DNA of 64,000 nucleotides from the NCBI GenBank assembly GCA_964646575.1, contig CAZYFT010000001.1, forward strand, positions 8,118-72,117, written 5' to 3'. The notes under the pieces were generated by a model, which saw nothing but the letters and a program-made list of their open reading frames with translations, was not told the origin of the DNA and made no database searches. The position numbers and the translations under genes are program-made. Shown here piece by piece: positions 8,668-18,598 of the stretch. The stretch is from an uncultured Candidatus Saccharibacteria bacterium (GTDB lineage Bacteria > Patescibacteriota > Saccharimonadia > CAILAD01 > GCA-016700035). Positions within the stretch are counted from its first letter, which is position 1. Every line of letters starts with the position of its first letter.

Positions 8668-10020
8668 ATGAAGCGTTTGCGAAATGCACTAGGGATAACT
8701 GTCGGTAAAACTACCGGCCGCTCCATGAAGTTGCTTGGTCGACATAGTACCGCACTTCCGGGGTTTGTTGCTGAGCTCATAGGAAATCAGCCGTTGGAAC
8801 ACTACATGCGTAAGCGTTCTTACGCAAAGACCATCTTAGTCACTGGAACGAACGGGAAGACCACCACCACCATGCTGATTGCGAGCGTGTTCCGCGAGGT
8901 CGGCTATGAAGTGGTGAATAATGGCTCTGGATCTAACTTAACTCGAGGGGTACTAACAGCGCTACTAGACGACAAGCGTCAGGGCGATGACTCGGTGCTA
9001 CTTCTCGAAGTTGACGAAGCTAGCATGCCAGCAGTTTGTAAAGCTACGAAGCCGGATATTATTGTTGTATCAAATATTTTTCGAGATCAGCTAGATAGAT
9101 ATGGAGAAGTAGATACGACAAGAAAACTACTTGAACAAGCGCTTGGTTTTGCCACGGATGCACACCTCGTACTCTGTGCTGATGATCCGCATGTAGCTCG
9201 ATTGGGGCTAGATGAGGGCCGAGCCGTGAACTACTTTGGCCTCAATGCATCTGGAATAAGTGCCTTGCCACACGACCATGCCAGTGATGTGCCGCTTAGT
9301 CCGGTGACCGGGGCGCCTCTTGTGTACTCGCGCAGATATTTTGGACATGTTGGCGCATATAAGGCTACCGACGGGAGCTTTGCCCGACCAATTCCAGATG
9401 TATCTGTAGAGGCTATATCGCGTGGATCGCAGGCGCAAGTGGTAACGATGAAGTTGCACGGACACGACCAGCCGTTGGTAGTTCGGAGTAGTCTGGTGGG
9501 GACGTATAACACCTATAATTTGGCTGCCGCAGTGACGGTAGCAGTCACTTGTGGGCTCGATATGAAGCAAGTAACAAAAGCTTTACAGCATAAAAATACA
9601 GCCTTTGGTCGCCAAGAGACGGTGCATTTTGAGGGAAAGCGCTGTACGTTTTTGCTTATTAAAAATCCGACTGGCTTTAATCAAGTAATTCAGTCATTCT
9701 TTCAGGCGAGGACTACTAGGCCGGTTTTGATTGTAATTAATGATAATTTTGCAGATGGGAAGGATATATCTTGGCTGTGGGATGCGGCTCTAGAAGACCT
9801 GGCTACAACCGGTCAAATTATTGTGTCGGGGTTGCGAGCTTACGATATGGCATTGCGCCTTGAGTATGCGGGTAAGAAGTGTCGAGTAATAGAAGATCCT
9901 ATTCAAGCTTTACGTACTCTCTCTAAAAGTGATGCCGAAGAAGTTTTGGTATTGCCGACATATACTGCGCTCTTAGAGATGCGCAAAAAGCTCGCCCTCA
10001 AATTGGAGCATAGATTATGA
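8668..10020 (+). CDS. murT: Lipid II isoglutaminyl synthase subunit MurT
   Basis: TGTNGKTTT, GSNL, EVDE, FRDQLDRYGE, KNPTG, DISWLWD, PTYTAL. Confidence 0.9.
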   Translation: MKRLRNALGITVGKTTGRSMKLLGRHSTALPGFVAELIGNQPLEHYMRKRSYAKTILVTGTNGKTTTTMLIASVFREVGYEVVNNGSGSNLTRGVLTALLDDKRQGDDSVLLLEVDEASMPAVCKATKPDIIVVSNIFRDQLDRYGEVDTTRKLLEQALGFATDAHLVLCADDPHVARLGLDEGRAVNYFGLNASGISALPHDHASDVPLSPVTGAPLVYSRRYFGHVGAYKATDGSFARPIPDVSVEAISRGSQAQVVTMKLHGHDQPLVVRSSLVGTYNTYNLAAAVTVAVTCGLDMKQVTKALQHKNTAFGRQETVHFEGKRCTFLLIKNPTGFNQVIQSFFQARTTRPVLIVINDNFADGKDISWLWDAALEDLATTGQIIVSGLRAYDMALRLEYAGKKCRVIEDPIQALRTLSKSDAEEVLVLPTYTALLEMRKKLALKLEHRL

Positions 10021-10736
10021 CGCACCCACAAAAAATCACCATTCTTTACTTGTATCCCCACGAGATGAATACCTATGGCGATTGGGGGAATGTGCTAGTT
10101 TTGCAGAAACGTTTAGAGTGGCGAGGCTACACGGTTGAGGTGGTAGAACATCGGCCCGGTGATACTCTTAAGATTGAGCCAAACTTGATATTTTTTGGCG
10201 GCGGTCAGGACAGTGGTCAAGGTCTAATCTTACAGGATCTTGGCCGCATAGCGGATCGATTAAAAGCTTGGATTGAAGATAGCATGCCGGTGCTGGCTAT
10301 CTGTGGAGGCTATCAGCTATTGGGGCGTGAGTTTATTACATTTTCAGGCGAAGAGCTTCGAGGTGTTGGTGCGTTGCCGGTTACCACTGTTGCTGAATCT
10401 GAACGGTTGATAGGCAATGTAGTGCTCCAAAGTGATTTGTTTGGCGAAGTAGTGGGATTTGAGAATCATTCAGGCCGCACATCTTTTCTTAATGAGGAAT
10501 TGGTAGCTCTTGGGCAAGTTCAAAGGGGAGGCGGAAATAATGGCGTGGATGGGAAAGAGGGGATTATGTATAAATCAACGATTGGCACATACCTCCATGG
10601 GCCTCTGTTACCAAAAAACCCCCAAGTAGCTGACTGGCTGATTGCCAGAGCCTTGGGAGTTTCGAACAAAGAATTAGTTCAGCTACCAGACACTTTTGTT
10701 GCTCAGGCACGGGCTGCAGTAACAAGAAAAAAATAG
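10017..10736 (+). CDS. gatD: Glutamine amidotransferase GatD
   Basis: YGDWGN, GGGQD, ICGGYQ, GFENH, YLHGPLLPKNP; coupled to murT. Confidence 0.9.
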   Translation: MTHPQKITILYLYPHEMNTYGDWGNVLVLQKRLEWRGYTVEVVEHRPGDTLKIEPNLIFFGGGQDSGQGLILQDLGRIADRLKAWIEDSMPVLAICGGYQLLGREFITFSGEELRGVGALPVTTVAESERLIGNVVLQSDLFGEVVGFENHSGRTSFLNEELVALGQVQRGGGNNGVDGKEGIMYKSTIGTYLHGPLLPKNPQVADWLIARALGVSNKELVQLPDTFVAQARAAVTRKK

Positions 10737-10862
10737 CTGTGTTCGTTTGAAAAGCAGATAGGTTCATTCTCTTAACCAACTAAACTTCTTGATATATATT
10801 GAGCTTCTGAATCTATTTCGTGTACACTAGTGAGTAAGAAAAATATTGAGGGAATCTGCCAT

Positions 10863-11573
10863 ATGCAAATCGAGTCGCTTTTTGGTTCAAAGACCCGGGT
10901 AAAATTATTGAGCCTTTTTTATAACAATCCCGAGCGTCCGTTTTATGTGCGTGAGATTACCCGCAAGATTAATGAGCAGATTAACTCTGTACGTCGTGAG
11001 CTTCAGAATCTCCTCAATATTGGGATCGTAAAGTCTGTTAATCAGTCGAATCGGCTTTATTACGAGATAGACCCATCGTTCAAATTTCATAGTGAGCTGA
11101 TGTCGATCTTCCAGCGAATTCCCGCAAAATCTAAAGAGATACGCGAAACGAAGGAAGAAGATCAAATCCTCAAGAAAATTCAGAAGGCCGGCAATGTTAA
11201 AGTGCTCTTTCTCTCGGGTGCGTTTGTGCGTGGCAGCATGCAAAACGTTGATATCTTCATTGTGGGTGATATGAATAAGGCTAAGTTAGCTCAGGTAATT
11301 GGCGATATGGAGTCGGCTATGAATCGAGAACTCAATTACACGGCCTTCCGGTTAGAGGATTTCGATTATCGACGTAATTTGAATGATCGATTCCTGCTCG
11401 ATATGCTCGATGCTCGCAAGATTGTATTACGGGATGACCTTAAAATATTCGATAAAGCAACCAAACAGCCTGCAGATGGAGTGGAGTCAGTCAGTCCGGT
11501 ACAAGTGAATGTTTCAGCGCCGCATCCAGAAATTACCACAGAAGAGGCAATTCGTATGGCGGAGTTAGGTTAG
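10863..11573 (+). CDS. Winged-helix protein with degenerate nucleotidyltransferase-like domain
   Basis: LFGSKTRVKLL..YVREITR..SVRRELQNL HTH; LSGAF..VDIFIVGD. Confidence 0.7.
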   Translation: MQIESLFGSKTRVKLLSLFYNNPERPFYVREITRKINEQINSVRRELQNLLNIGIVKSVNQSNRLYYEIDPSFKFHSELMSIFQRIPAKSKEIRETKEEDQILKKIQKAGNVKVLFLSGAFVRGSMQNVDIFIVGDMNKAKLAQVIGDMESAMNRELNYTAFRLEDFDYRRNLNDRFLLDMLDARKIVLRDDLKIFDKATKQPADGVESVSPVQVNVSAPHPEITTEEAIRMAELG

Positions 11574-11580
11574 GTTTATT

Positions 11581-12648
11581 GTGGCTGCTTCAAAACCATC
11601 TCCGACAATAACGATTCAAATCTCCTGGAAGACCATCTTTGCGATTGCTGGCTTGGTGCTCGGTGCTTGGGTTGTATACACAATCGGCAATTTTCTGATC
11701 TTACTATTTGCAAGTATTGTGGTGGCTACTGCTCTAGCTCCATACGTGCGGTCTCTCGAAAAGAAGGGGCTGCCGCGTTGGGCGGCTGTTGCGGCAATAT
11801 ATCTGGCGATTTTTTTGGTACTTGGCCTGATTTTAGTTTTGGTAGTTCCAACTATCTCAAAGCAAGTGAGTGACTTGATAGAGAATTGGCCAAATATCAA
11901 CCGTTCTTTGCAAGCCAGCCTTAGTCAAAACGATGCCCTGCGAGGGCTTTATGATTCCTTCACGGCGGGATCTGCTGACGGTGGGTCTATATTCTCACAG
12001 GTAGTGAACATCACCTCTGTTTTTGTGAATGGTGTAGCAACTACGGTGCTCTTCTTTGTGCTAACTTTTTACCTATTGATGAACGGTCGGAAGCTAGCCC
12101 ACTTCTTAGTGGGTCTCGTGCCGCAAGGCAAGGAGCGTGAGCGTTATGGCAGGTTAATTGCGAATATGTCTGAGCGTATGGGTTTTTGGTTTCGGGGGCA
12201 GTTTATTATCTCTCTCATGACTTTTCTTGTAGTATGGGCGGCACTTTCTTTGCTGAAGGTGGAGTATGCTTTGACCTTAGCCCTCATAACCGGAGTAGCT
12301 GAGTTCATTCCGCTCGTTGGCTCCTGGATTGGGGCAACCCCCGCAGTGCTTGTTGCCTTTGGTCAGGCGCCGATAGTGGCGTTGTTTGTGGTGATTTTCT
12401 TCTTTGCCTGGCAGTCATTTCAGGGATACATCATTAGTCCGCAAGTAATGCGTCGAGCAATTGGCGTGCCTTCAATTTTTATCCTTATTTCTGTATTAAT
12501 TCTGGCAAATCTGATTGGCTTTGTCGGTGTTTTTTTGGCGGCGCCGATTGCAGCTGCTGTTGCGGTGCTTGTAGAGGAGTATGCAGAGGGTGTTCACTCG
12601 CAGCTCAAGCGGGGCTTGGCTGCTAGAAGTGGGCAACGCAAGAGCTAA
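11581..12648 (+). CDS. AI-2E family transporter
   Basis: Multi-TM; EFIPLVG, ISPQVM, FLAAP. Confidence 0.9.
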   Translation: MAASKPSPTITIQISWKTIFAIAGLVLGAWVVYTIGNFLILLFASIVVATALAPYVRSLEKKGLPRWAAVAAIYLAIFLVLGLILVLVVPTISKQVSDLIENWPNINRSLQASLSQNDALRGLYDSFTAGSADGGSIFSQVVNITSVFVNGVATTVLFFVLTFYLLMNGRKLAHFLVGLVPQGKERERYGRLIANMSERMGFWFRGQFIISLMTFLVVWAALSLLKVEYALTLALITGVAEFIPLVGSWIGATPAVLVAFGQAPIVALFVVIFFFAWQSFQGYIISPQVMRRAIGVPSIFILISVLILANLIGFVGVFLAAPIAAAVAVLVEEYAEGVHSQLKRGLAARSGQRKS

Positions 12649-12666
12649 TCTGATATACTAGCATTC

Positions 12667-13197
12667 ATGGATATTTCACTCGGAAAAGACACAACTTTAT
12701 TTTTGCACGGGCGCGACGTTACTATGGCTATTGGCCCAAGTCTCGAAATTAAAACAGATGTTTTTTTTACAACAAAAGGCACAGGACCGAAAGCTGAGGT
12801 GGGTAAGTTCTTTCAGGGGGCAGGTGAGTACGAAGTGCAAGGAGTGATGGTCGACGGTGTTTCAACTGGGAAAGGGCTGACCTCATACCATGCCATATAT
12901 GATGGGGTGAGTATTGCAGCGGTCACATTACAAAAAGCCGAAGATCTAACAGATGAAATGCTAGAGCACTTGCAGCCTTCGCATGTGCTGGTACTGTGGC
13001 TTGAAGACGGTACGGCGCAAGATGTAGCTCAGTTAATGGCCCGCTTTGACGCCTATCAGCTGATTCCGGCCCAGGTTCCGTGTGATGGTGAATCTTTGGA
13101 GAAAGAGCTGCAGCTTAAGTCTGAGGGAATTCCAAAACTGAAGCTGTCTACAAAAAATTACACGGACGGCATTCGGTTGCTTACGACCTTAAGCTAG
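12667..13197 (+). CDS. Degenerate metallo-beta-lactamase-fold protein
   Basis: GAGEYEVQGV motif; metal-binding His/Asp motifs not evident. Confidence 0.5.
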   Translation: MDISLGKDTTLFLHGRDVTMAIGPSLEIKTDVFFTTKGTGPKAEVGKFFQGAGEYEVQGVMVDGVSTGKGLTSYHAIYDGVSIAAVTLQKAEDLTDEMLEHLQPSHVLVLWLEDGTAQDVAQLMARFDAYQLIPAQVPCDGESLEKELQLKSEGIPKLKLSTKNYTDGIRLLTTLS

Positions 13198-13212
13198 ATA
13201 TAGATACTGTAT

Positions 13213-13250
13213 ACTAAAAAACCACCCAAAGTTGCGGGTGGTTTTTTAGT
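13213..13250. terminator. Bidirectional intrinsic terminator
   Basis: actaaaaaaccaccc...gggtggttttttagt between convergent genes. Confidence 0.85.
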
Positions 13251-13262
13251 GAAAAAGAGTGG

Positions 13263-13481
13263 CTACGCAGTAGTGAGTTCGTCTTTGCCGAGATCTTTCG
13301 CGTGCTTCTTGAGGGTGCGAATTGTAGAGGCAGCCAACTTAACACGAACCTTCTCACCATTAATGATGAGAGTTTTCTTCTGGAGGTTTGGTTTCCAGAC
13401 CTTTGGGGTGGCGCGCATAGAGTGGCTCACGTTGTGGCCAAATTGCTTACCTTTTCCTGTGATGTCGCATTTGTAAGACAT
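13263..13481 (-). CDS. rpmB: 50S ribosomal protein L28
   Basis: MSYKCDITGKGKQFGHNVSHSMRATPKVWKPNLQ. Confidence 0.97.
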   Translation of the reverse strand: MSYKCDITGKGKQFGHNVSHSMRATPKVWKPNLQKKTLIINGEKVRVKLAASTIRTLKKHAKDLGKDELTTA

Positions 13482-13567
13482 AGTAAAAATTCCTAACCCA
13501 AGCATAATAACAGATACAGGCCAGTTTGACAAGTCTGACATAGGTCCAAAGCTGGTATACTAAACCT

Positions 13568-14188
13568 ATGAATTTCTTAGAGATTATTAATTTACTCTTC
13601 ATCTACGTGGTAGCTATCACGATCCATGAATATAGCCATGCTGCGGTGGCGCACAAGCTGGGAGATCCTACCGCGAAGCAGGAAGGGCGGTTAACGCTCA
13701 ACCCTATGGCCCACATTGACCCGCTTACTACATTGGCACTGCCGGTTTTACTGATTTTAGCTGGAAGTCCAGTTATTTTTGGGGCTGCTCGGCCAGTTCC
13801 ATTTACGCCATATCTGGTTCGAGGCGGTAAAAGAGGCGCTGCCTTGATTGCGTTAGCTGGCCCAGTGAGCAACTTGATCTTGGCCGCTCTGGTGGCGATA
13901 GCAATTCGCTTGGTTCCAAGTCTTGCAGCAGCTGGAAGCGGACTGCTTATTTCGATGATGACTGTGAATATTGCTCTGGCACTCTTTAATTTGCTTCCAA
14001 TTCCACCTCTCGATGGATCGAGGGTGCTTTACGCTTTTGTGCCTGCGGGAATGCAAGAAGCGATGGAGCGTTTCGAGCGTACTGGCCCAATTGTGATTCT
14101 CGTAATTTTTCTCGTGGGCTATCCGTTTATTGCGCCGTACCTAGGCACGGCAACGCGGGCAATTACGCGCTTTCTTCTCGGGCTATAG
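13568..14188 (+). CDS. Site-2 protease (M50)
   Basis: HEYSH, AGPVSN, NLLPIPPLDG. Confidence 0.93.
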   Translation: MNFLEIINLLFIYVVAITIHEYSHAAVAHKLGDPTAKQEGRLTLNPMAHIDPLTTLALPVLLILAGSPVIFGAARPVPFTPYLVRGGKRGAALIALAGPVSNLILAALVAIAIRLVPSLAAAGSGLLISMMTVNIALALFNLLPIPPLDGSRVLYAFVPAGMQEAMERFERTGPIVILVIFLVGYPFIAPYLGTATRAITRFLLGL

Positions 14189-14206
14189 GACTGATATACT
14201 AGATAT

Positions 14207-14370
14207 AACCCTCGGGCGCGCGATACAAGCTTATATTTTTTCTGCTTAGAGAATAAAACGGGAGACCTAGATTGCGCTTCATCTTAGCTCGCTAGGAATG
14301 GAGTGGCTGCGGACACCCACCTGGAATTTTTGCCAGGGAAAATATTCTGCTTACCGGCGCCAAGGGGGAT
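14207..14370 (+). ncRNA. ssrS: Probable 6S RNA
   Basis: ~165-nt rod: ggcgc/gcgcc closing stem, atatttt/aaaatat, central bubble flanked by CGGGAG and ACCCACCTG; TATACT at 14195-14200. Confidence 0.7.
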
Positions 14371-14375
14371 TTTAT

Positions 14376-14933
14376 TTACAGCTTAAAGCGCTTCTTCCAT
14401 ACTGTTGGCTGCGATATAGAGTCAGCTCGGAGGATATCAATGTGGGATTCTATTTGGAGGTGTTGGGCAATTTTACGGATTTGCCCGCTAATGTCATAAG
14501 GAAAGATCCAGAGTGCTGAGCTAAAACGTAAAAAACCGAGTCGTTTAAGTTCAATAAGAAACTGATTACGAGCAATTTTGTGTGACTCCGGGATTTGATA
14601 GGTGACAAAAAGCCAGCGTTTATTCCAGTTTTTTGGTGAATGAATCGAGAGAGTCGTGGGCTTATGAAGTTCGCCACGCTTCAGAAGTGCAGTGCCGCGA
14701 CTGGTAATTTTATAGAGCTTCTCTGTATCGATTCGGCCCTGCGTGAGCGCTCCTTGGCGCGAAAGGATGGCTAGAGTGTCTTTGATGCGGGCTCGTGGTG
14801 CGCGGGCAGTATTCCAACTAAAAAGCTCTAAAAGTGCCTTGTCTTCCAGTAGCGAAGTTTCGGTAGCGACGCCTTTTTGAGCAACTTTTTTAAGCAGTTC
14901 CTGGGATTTAGATATTTTTTTCATATTTGTCAT
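14376..14933 (-). CDS. PaaX-family regulator (wHTH plus Cas2-like domain)
   Basis: WNKRWLFVTYQIPE..RNQF..LKRLGF..SALWIFPY. Confidence 0.75.
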   Translation of the reverse strand: MTNMKKISKSQELLKKVAQKGVATETSLLEDKALLELFSWNTARAPRARIKDTLAILSRQGALTQGRIDTEKLYKITSRGTALLKRGELHKPTTLSIHSPKNWNKRWLFVTYQIPESHKIARNQFLIELKRLGFLRFSSALWIFPYDISGQIRKIAQHLQIESHIDILRADSISQPTVWKKRFKL

Positions 14934-14998
14934 GCTTAAGCATGATTATTATGTATAGAGTACTGATAAGTCAACCTGGTTTGATACAATACAGAGAG

Positions 14999-15075
14999 CG
15001 GGGTGTGGCGCAGTTGGCTAGCGCGTACGGCTGGGGGCCGTGAGGTCGCAGGTTCGAGTCCTGTCACCCCGACCA
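14999..15075 (+). tRNA. tRNA-Pro(GGG)
   Basis: Cloverleaf CGGGGTG...CACCCCG-A-CCA; anticodon GGG. Confidence 0.97.
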
Positions 15076-15105
15076 GGTTTTATTTGCTACAATAAGTACA
15101 TATCT

Positions 15106-15519
15106 ATGTCAGAAACCTCAGTTTTTACAAAAATTCGTCAAGGTGAACTACCAGGAGAGATTATCTATCAGGATGAGCGGGTATTTGTCATCATGACGAT
15201 TGCCCCGCATAACCCCGGGCATTGCTTAGTTATACCTGTTGATGAAATCGGAAACTTTGAAGAAGTGCCAGAAAATCTCTACTTGCACCTGATGAGGGTG
15301 GCGCAGCAGTTGGCCAGGCTTCAGCGTAAAATCTACATGTCCCCTAAGGTGGCGATGGCTGCAGTTGGGATGTCAGTTGATCATACTCATATTCATGTTT
15401 TTCCTCTCTATGCAGAAAAAGATATGGATCCGGATGGAGCCAAACATCCGCCATCTGAAGAAATAACTGTAGAGGCAGAAAAATTACGAGCAGCCTTGTT
15501 GGAGCATCCAATAGTATGA
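15106..15519 (+). CDS. HIT family hydrolase
   Basis: SVFTKI..GELP, PGHCLVIP, HTHIH. Confidence 0.93.
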   Translation: MSETSVFTKIRQGELPGEIIYQDERVFVIMTIAPHNPGHCLVIPVDEIGNFEEVPENLYLHLMRVAQQLARLQRKIYMSPKVAMAAVGMSVDHTHIHVFPLYAEKDMDPDGAKHPPSEEITVEAEKLRAALLEHPIV

Positions 15520-16295
15520 TCTGGGCCTTTTTACTTGGCATTGTTCAGGCAATTACGGAATTTCTACCGATTTCTTCAAGTGCACATCTCCTCATTACCC
15601 CTTGGCTGTTCGACTTTCCGCGCCAGGGCTTGGCCTTTGATGCAGCCTTACATCTCGGCACTTCACTAGCGCTCCTTTTGTTCTTTTGGCGTGATTTTTG
15701 GGGAATGATTCAGAAGAGAGATAAATTTTTGTGGTACATCCTGATTGCCTCCATTCCAGGTGCAGCCATTGGCTTCTTTGGAGATAAGCTTATCGAACAA
15801 TATCTGCATGAGGGGAGCCTCGCTATCCTGATTGCGGCTATCGGCATGATTTTGATGACGGGTGTGATTTGGTATGTAGATGCTACGGCCAAACTTAAGA
15901 AAGACCTTACGCAAATGACACGTAAAGAAGCGTTTTGGGTCGGGTTGGCGCAAGCTTTGGCGCTCATTCCAGGCATGTCGCGGTCTGGGGCTACGATTGC
16001 TGCTGGATTAGCTGCAGGGTACACTCGAGAGGCTGCGGCTCGTTTTAGCTTTTTAATCGGTACGCCTATTGCTTTGGGAGCGGGGCTGTATAAGGCTACC
16101 GACATTATCCAGGCACAACCATCAAGCTCGGAGGTTATGCAGCTGATAATCGGGGTTGTTACAGCGGCGATTCTTGGGTTTGCGGTGATTCGGTGGCTCC
16201 TTGGGTACGTGCAGAAGCATAGCCTGCGAGTGTTCCTAATCTACCGCTTGGTATTTGCTAGTACAGTGATAATTATTTGGTTACTGCGCTCATGA
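15516..16295 (+). CDS. uppP: Undecaprenyl-diphosphate phosphatase
   Basis: QAITEFLPISSSAHL, PGMSRSGAT, AARFSFL. Confidence 0.96.
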   Translation: MIWAFLLGIVQAITEFLPISSSAHLLITPWLFDFPRQGLAFDAALHLGTSLALLLFFWRDFWGMIQKRDKFLWYILIASIPGAAIGFFGDKLIEQYLHEGSLAILIAAIGMILMTGVIWYVDATAKLKKDLTQMTRKEAFWVGLAQALALIPGMSRSGATIAAGLAAGYTREAAARFSFLIGTPIALGAGLYKATDIIQAQPSSSEVMQLIIGVVTAAILGFAVIRWLLGYVQKHSLRVFLIYRLVFASTVIIIWLLRS

Positions 16296-16696
16296 CAGGA
16301 CGTGTGCGTATTCACGGCGACGGTGGCTCTCGAGGCAATCCAGGCCCAGCTGCAGGCGCTGCCGTCTTGCTTAGTGTTGATGGTCAAGTGCTTGAAAAGC
16401 GAGCGGAGTATATGGGGGTAGCCACCAATAATCAGGCTGAATATCTAGCAGTCGAGCTTGGGCTGCAGGCAATGCATGACCTGAAGATCTCAGAGGCCGA
16501 TTTTTATTTAGATAGTCAGCTGGTGGTTCGGCAACTTAATGGCCAGTATAAGGTGAAGCACCCTGACATGAAGGCGGCGTTTAATCGGGTCCAGGAGCTC
16601 AAGCAGGGGTTGGATGTGACTTTTACGCATGTGTTGCGGGCGCAGAATACCATAGCCGATACGGCGGTTAACGAATGCTTGGATGCTCACGCCTAG
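16292..16696 (+). CDS. rnhA: Ribonuclease HI family protein
   Basis: DGGSRGNPGPA, TNNQAEY, DSQLVVRQ, N..AD. Confidence 0.9.
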   Translation: MTGRVRIHGDGGSRGNPGPAAGAAVLLSVDGQVLEKRAEYMGVATNNQAEYLAVELGLQAMHDLKISEADFYLDSQLVVRQLNGQYKVKHPDMKAAFNRVQELKQGLDVTFTHVLRAQNTIADTAVNECLDAHA

Positions 16697-16735
16697 AATA
16701 TAGACATTTCTTGTAAAATCTTGTAAAATAATATA

Positions 16736-17117
16736 GCAAGTAAGCAGATGATCGCTCCATTTTTGGAGAGGAAAGTCCGAACAGTTCGAGTACAGGATGG
16801 TTGCTAACGGCAACCCGGGGCAACCCGAGGGAAAGTGCCACAGAGACAATACCGCCAGGCGTTAAGCCTGGTAAGGGTGAAAAGAGGGCGGTAAGAGCGC
16901 CCAGCTTGTGCTGGTGACAGCATGAGGAGGTAAACCCCATCTGCTGCAAGGCTTATGGATCCCGACAATGTCAAAGCGTGCTCGCTTTTCCTTGTATGAG
17001 GAGGGATATGTCGCATGATTGTGGGGGAACCACAACACTGTGTTCCACAGAGATAGATGATCATCACCTTTTTAGACAGGCTAAAAGGGGACAGAATTCG
17101 GCTTATCGCTTGCTTGC
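16736..17117 (+). ncRNA. rnpB: RNase P RNA
   Basis: GAGGAAAGTCC, GAAAGTGCCACAGA, GGTAAACCCC, ACAGAATTCGGCTTA; gcaag/cttgc termini. Confidence 0.95.
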
Positions 17118-17179
17118 CCGCAAAAGTTCCAGTGCTCTGGGATTTTTGCAGATAACTTTATCCTGGTACAATAGAGAAA

Positions 17180-18592
17180 ATGCGCAAACGTAGCGAGTTA
17201 TTTTTTAACCTTTTATTGGTCCCGCTGGATGCCGCGGCTGTACTTGCAAGCTTTGTAATTGCTTATATTATTCGTGTTGAATATTCATTAAAGCCAACTG
17301 TTTATCAGGTGCCCGGTTGGGAATATTTGTATGCCTTAGTGGCGCTCTTGCCATTTGCAGTCTTCTTTTTTGCACTAGCGGGATTGTATCGTTACGAGTC
17401 AATGCGTAGTCGCTGGCGTGAATATTCCCAGGTTGTGATTGCTGTTTCGGCAAGTACCATGTTTTTAATTATTGTTGACTTTTTCTCAACAAAACCACTC
17501 TTTCCATCAAAGGCAGTAGTTTTTTATGGGTTTGCGCTAGCGATTGTTTTGGTGGTGGCGGAGCGTTTTATTGTGAATCTTTTTCAGCGTTGGCTCTTCC
17601 GCTTTGGTATCGGTATCCGTCAAGTAGTTGTTGTTGGTGTTGGGCGAGTTGCCGATGACGTGACATATGCTCTGCAGCGCAATCCAGGTTTTCGTTTGGT
17701 GCGTGTCCTAGAGCGCAAGAAAGATACTCTCGAAAAGCTTGAGAAGCTCGCAAAGAAGGATCACATTGACGAACTATTTATTGCCGACAAAACTCCAGCC
17801 GAGACAGATCAGCTGGAGTATATACGGTTTGCCCATAATAACCATATTGCCTATAAGTTTATTCCAAGCCTTGCTGGCATTTATCAGACGCGAAGTCAGC
17901 CGTCATTATATGCAGACTATCCGGTACTAGAAATCGTGCGAACGCCGCTTGATGGTTGGTGGCGAATCTATAAAACGGTTTTTGATTATTTAGGAGCGTT
18001 CTTGGGTGTTATTCTACTGAGTCCAGTATTTCTTATAGTGGCAATGGTGATTACGTTAACCGATGGCGGTAAGGTGTTCTACCGTCATGCTCGTATTGGG
18101 AGGCATGGTAGGGTTGTACGAGTTTGGAAGTTTCGTTCGATGTATGCGAAATATTCTACTGGAGGGGCCTTTAGTGGTAAGTCTGACTTGGAAATTCTAC
18201 GCGAAATTGGTGGTGCGAATATGGTTGAAGAATTTAAACGTGACCAAAAACTTAAAAAAGATCCTAGGGTCACTCCGATTGGACGTTTTCTTCGAGCAAC
18301 CAGCATCGACGAATTGCCACAGTTGTTCAATGTACTGATGGGTGAGCTGAGCTTGATTGGGCCACGTCCAGTCACAGAAGCCGAGCTAGCGCGATACAAG
18401 GATAAGGCACCAACTTTTCTCCTTATTAAGCCGGGGATCACTGGTTTATGGCAAGTATCCGGCCGAAACGATGTGAGCTATGATGAGCGCATTAAGCTTG
18501 ATGTGTATTACGTAGAAAACTGGAAGGCATCCCTCGACCTGCGTATTCTCTTCCGTACAATAGGGGTGATTTTTAAACGGAAAGGGTATTAG
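17180..18592 (+). CDS. Polyprenyl-phosphate sugar phosphotransferase (WcaJ/WbaP-like)
   Basis: KFRSM, DPRVT..GRFLR.TSIDELPQL, SLIGPRP, KPGITGLWQV. Confidence 0.93.
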   Translation: MRKRSELFFNLLLVPLDAAAVLASFVIAYIIRVEYSLKPTVYQVPGWEYLYALVALLPFAVFFFALAGLYRYESMRSRWREYSQVVIAVSASTMFLIIVDFFSTKPLFPSKAVVFYGFALAIVLVVAERFIVNLFQRWLFRFGIGIRQVVVVGVGRVADDVTYALQRNPGFRLVRVLERKKDTLEKLEKLAKKDHIDELFIADKTPAETDQLEYIRFAHNNHIAYKFIPSLAGIYQTRSQPSLYADYPVLEIVRTPLDGWWRIYKTVFDYLGAFLGVILLSPVFLIVAMVITLTDGGKVFYRHARIGRHGRVVRVWKFRSMYAKYSTGGAFSGKSDLEILREIGGANMVEEFKRDQKLKKDPRVTPIGRFLRATSIDELPQLFNVLMGELSLIGPRPVTEAELARYKDKAPTFLLIKPGITGLWQVSGRNDVSYDERIKLDVYYVENWKASLDLRILFRTIGVIFKRKGY

Positions 18593-18598
18593 CTTACT

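Noticed and set aside
14376-14933. Cas2 / CRISPR system
   Set aside because: The Cas2-like segment sits within a PaaX-type protein; no cas1 and no repeat-spacer array seen
16508-17193. Short ORFs overlapping rnpB (and similar shadow ORFs over tmRNA, 6S and opposite real genes)
   Set aside because: Explained by RNA genes or antisense frames of well-supported CDSs
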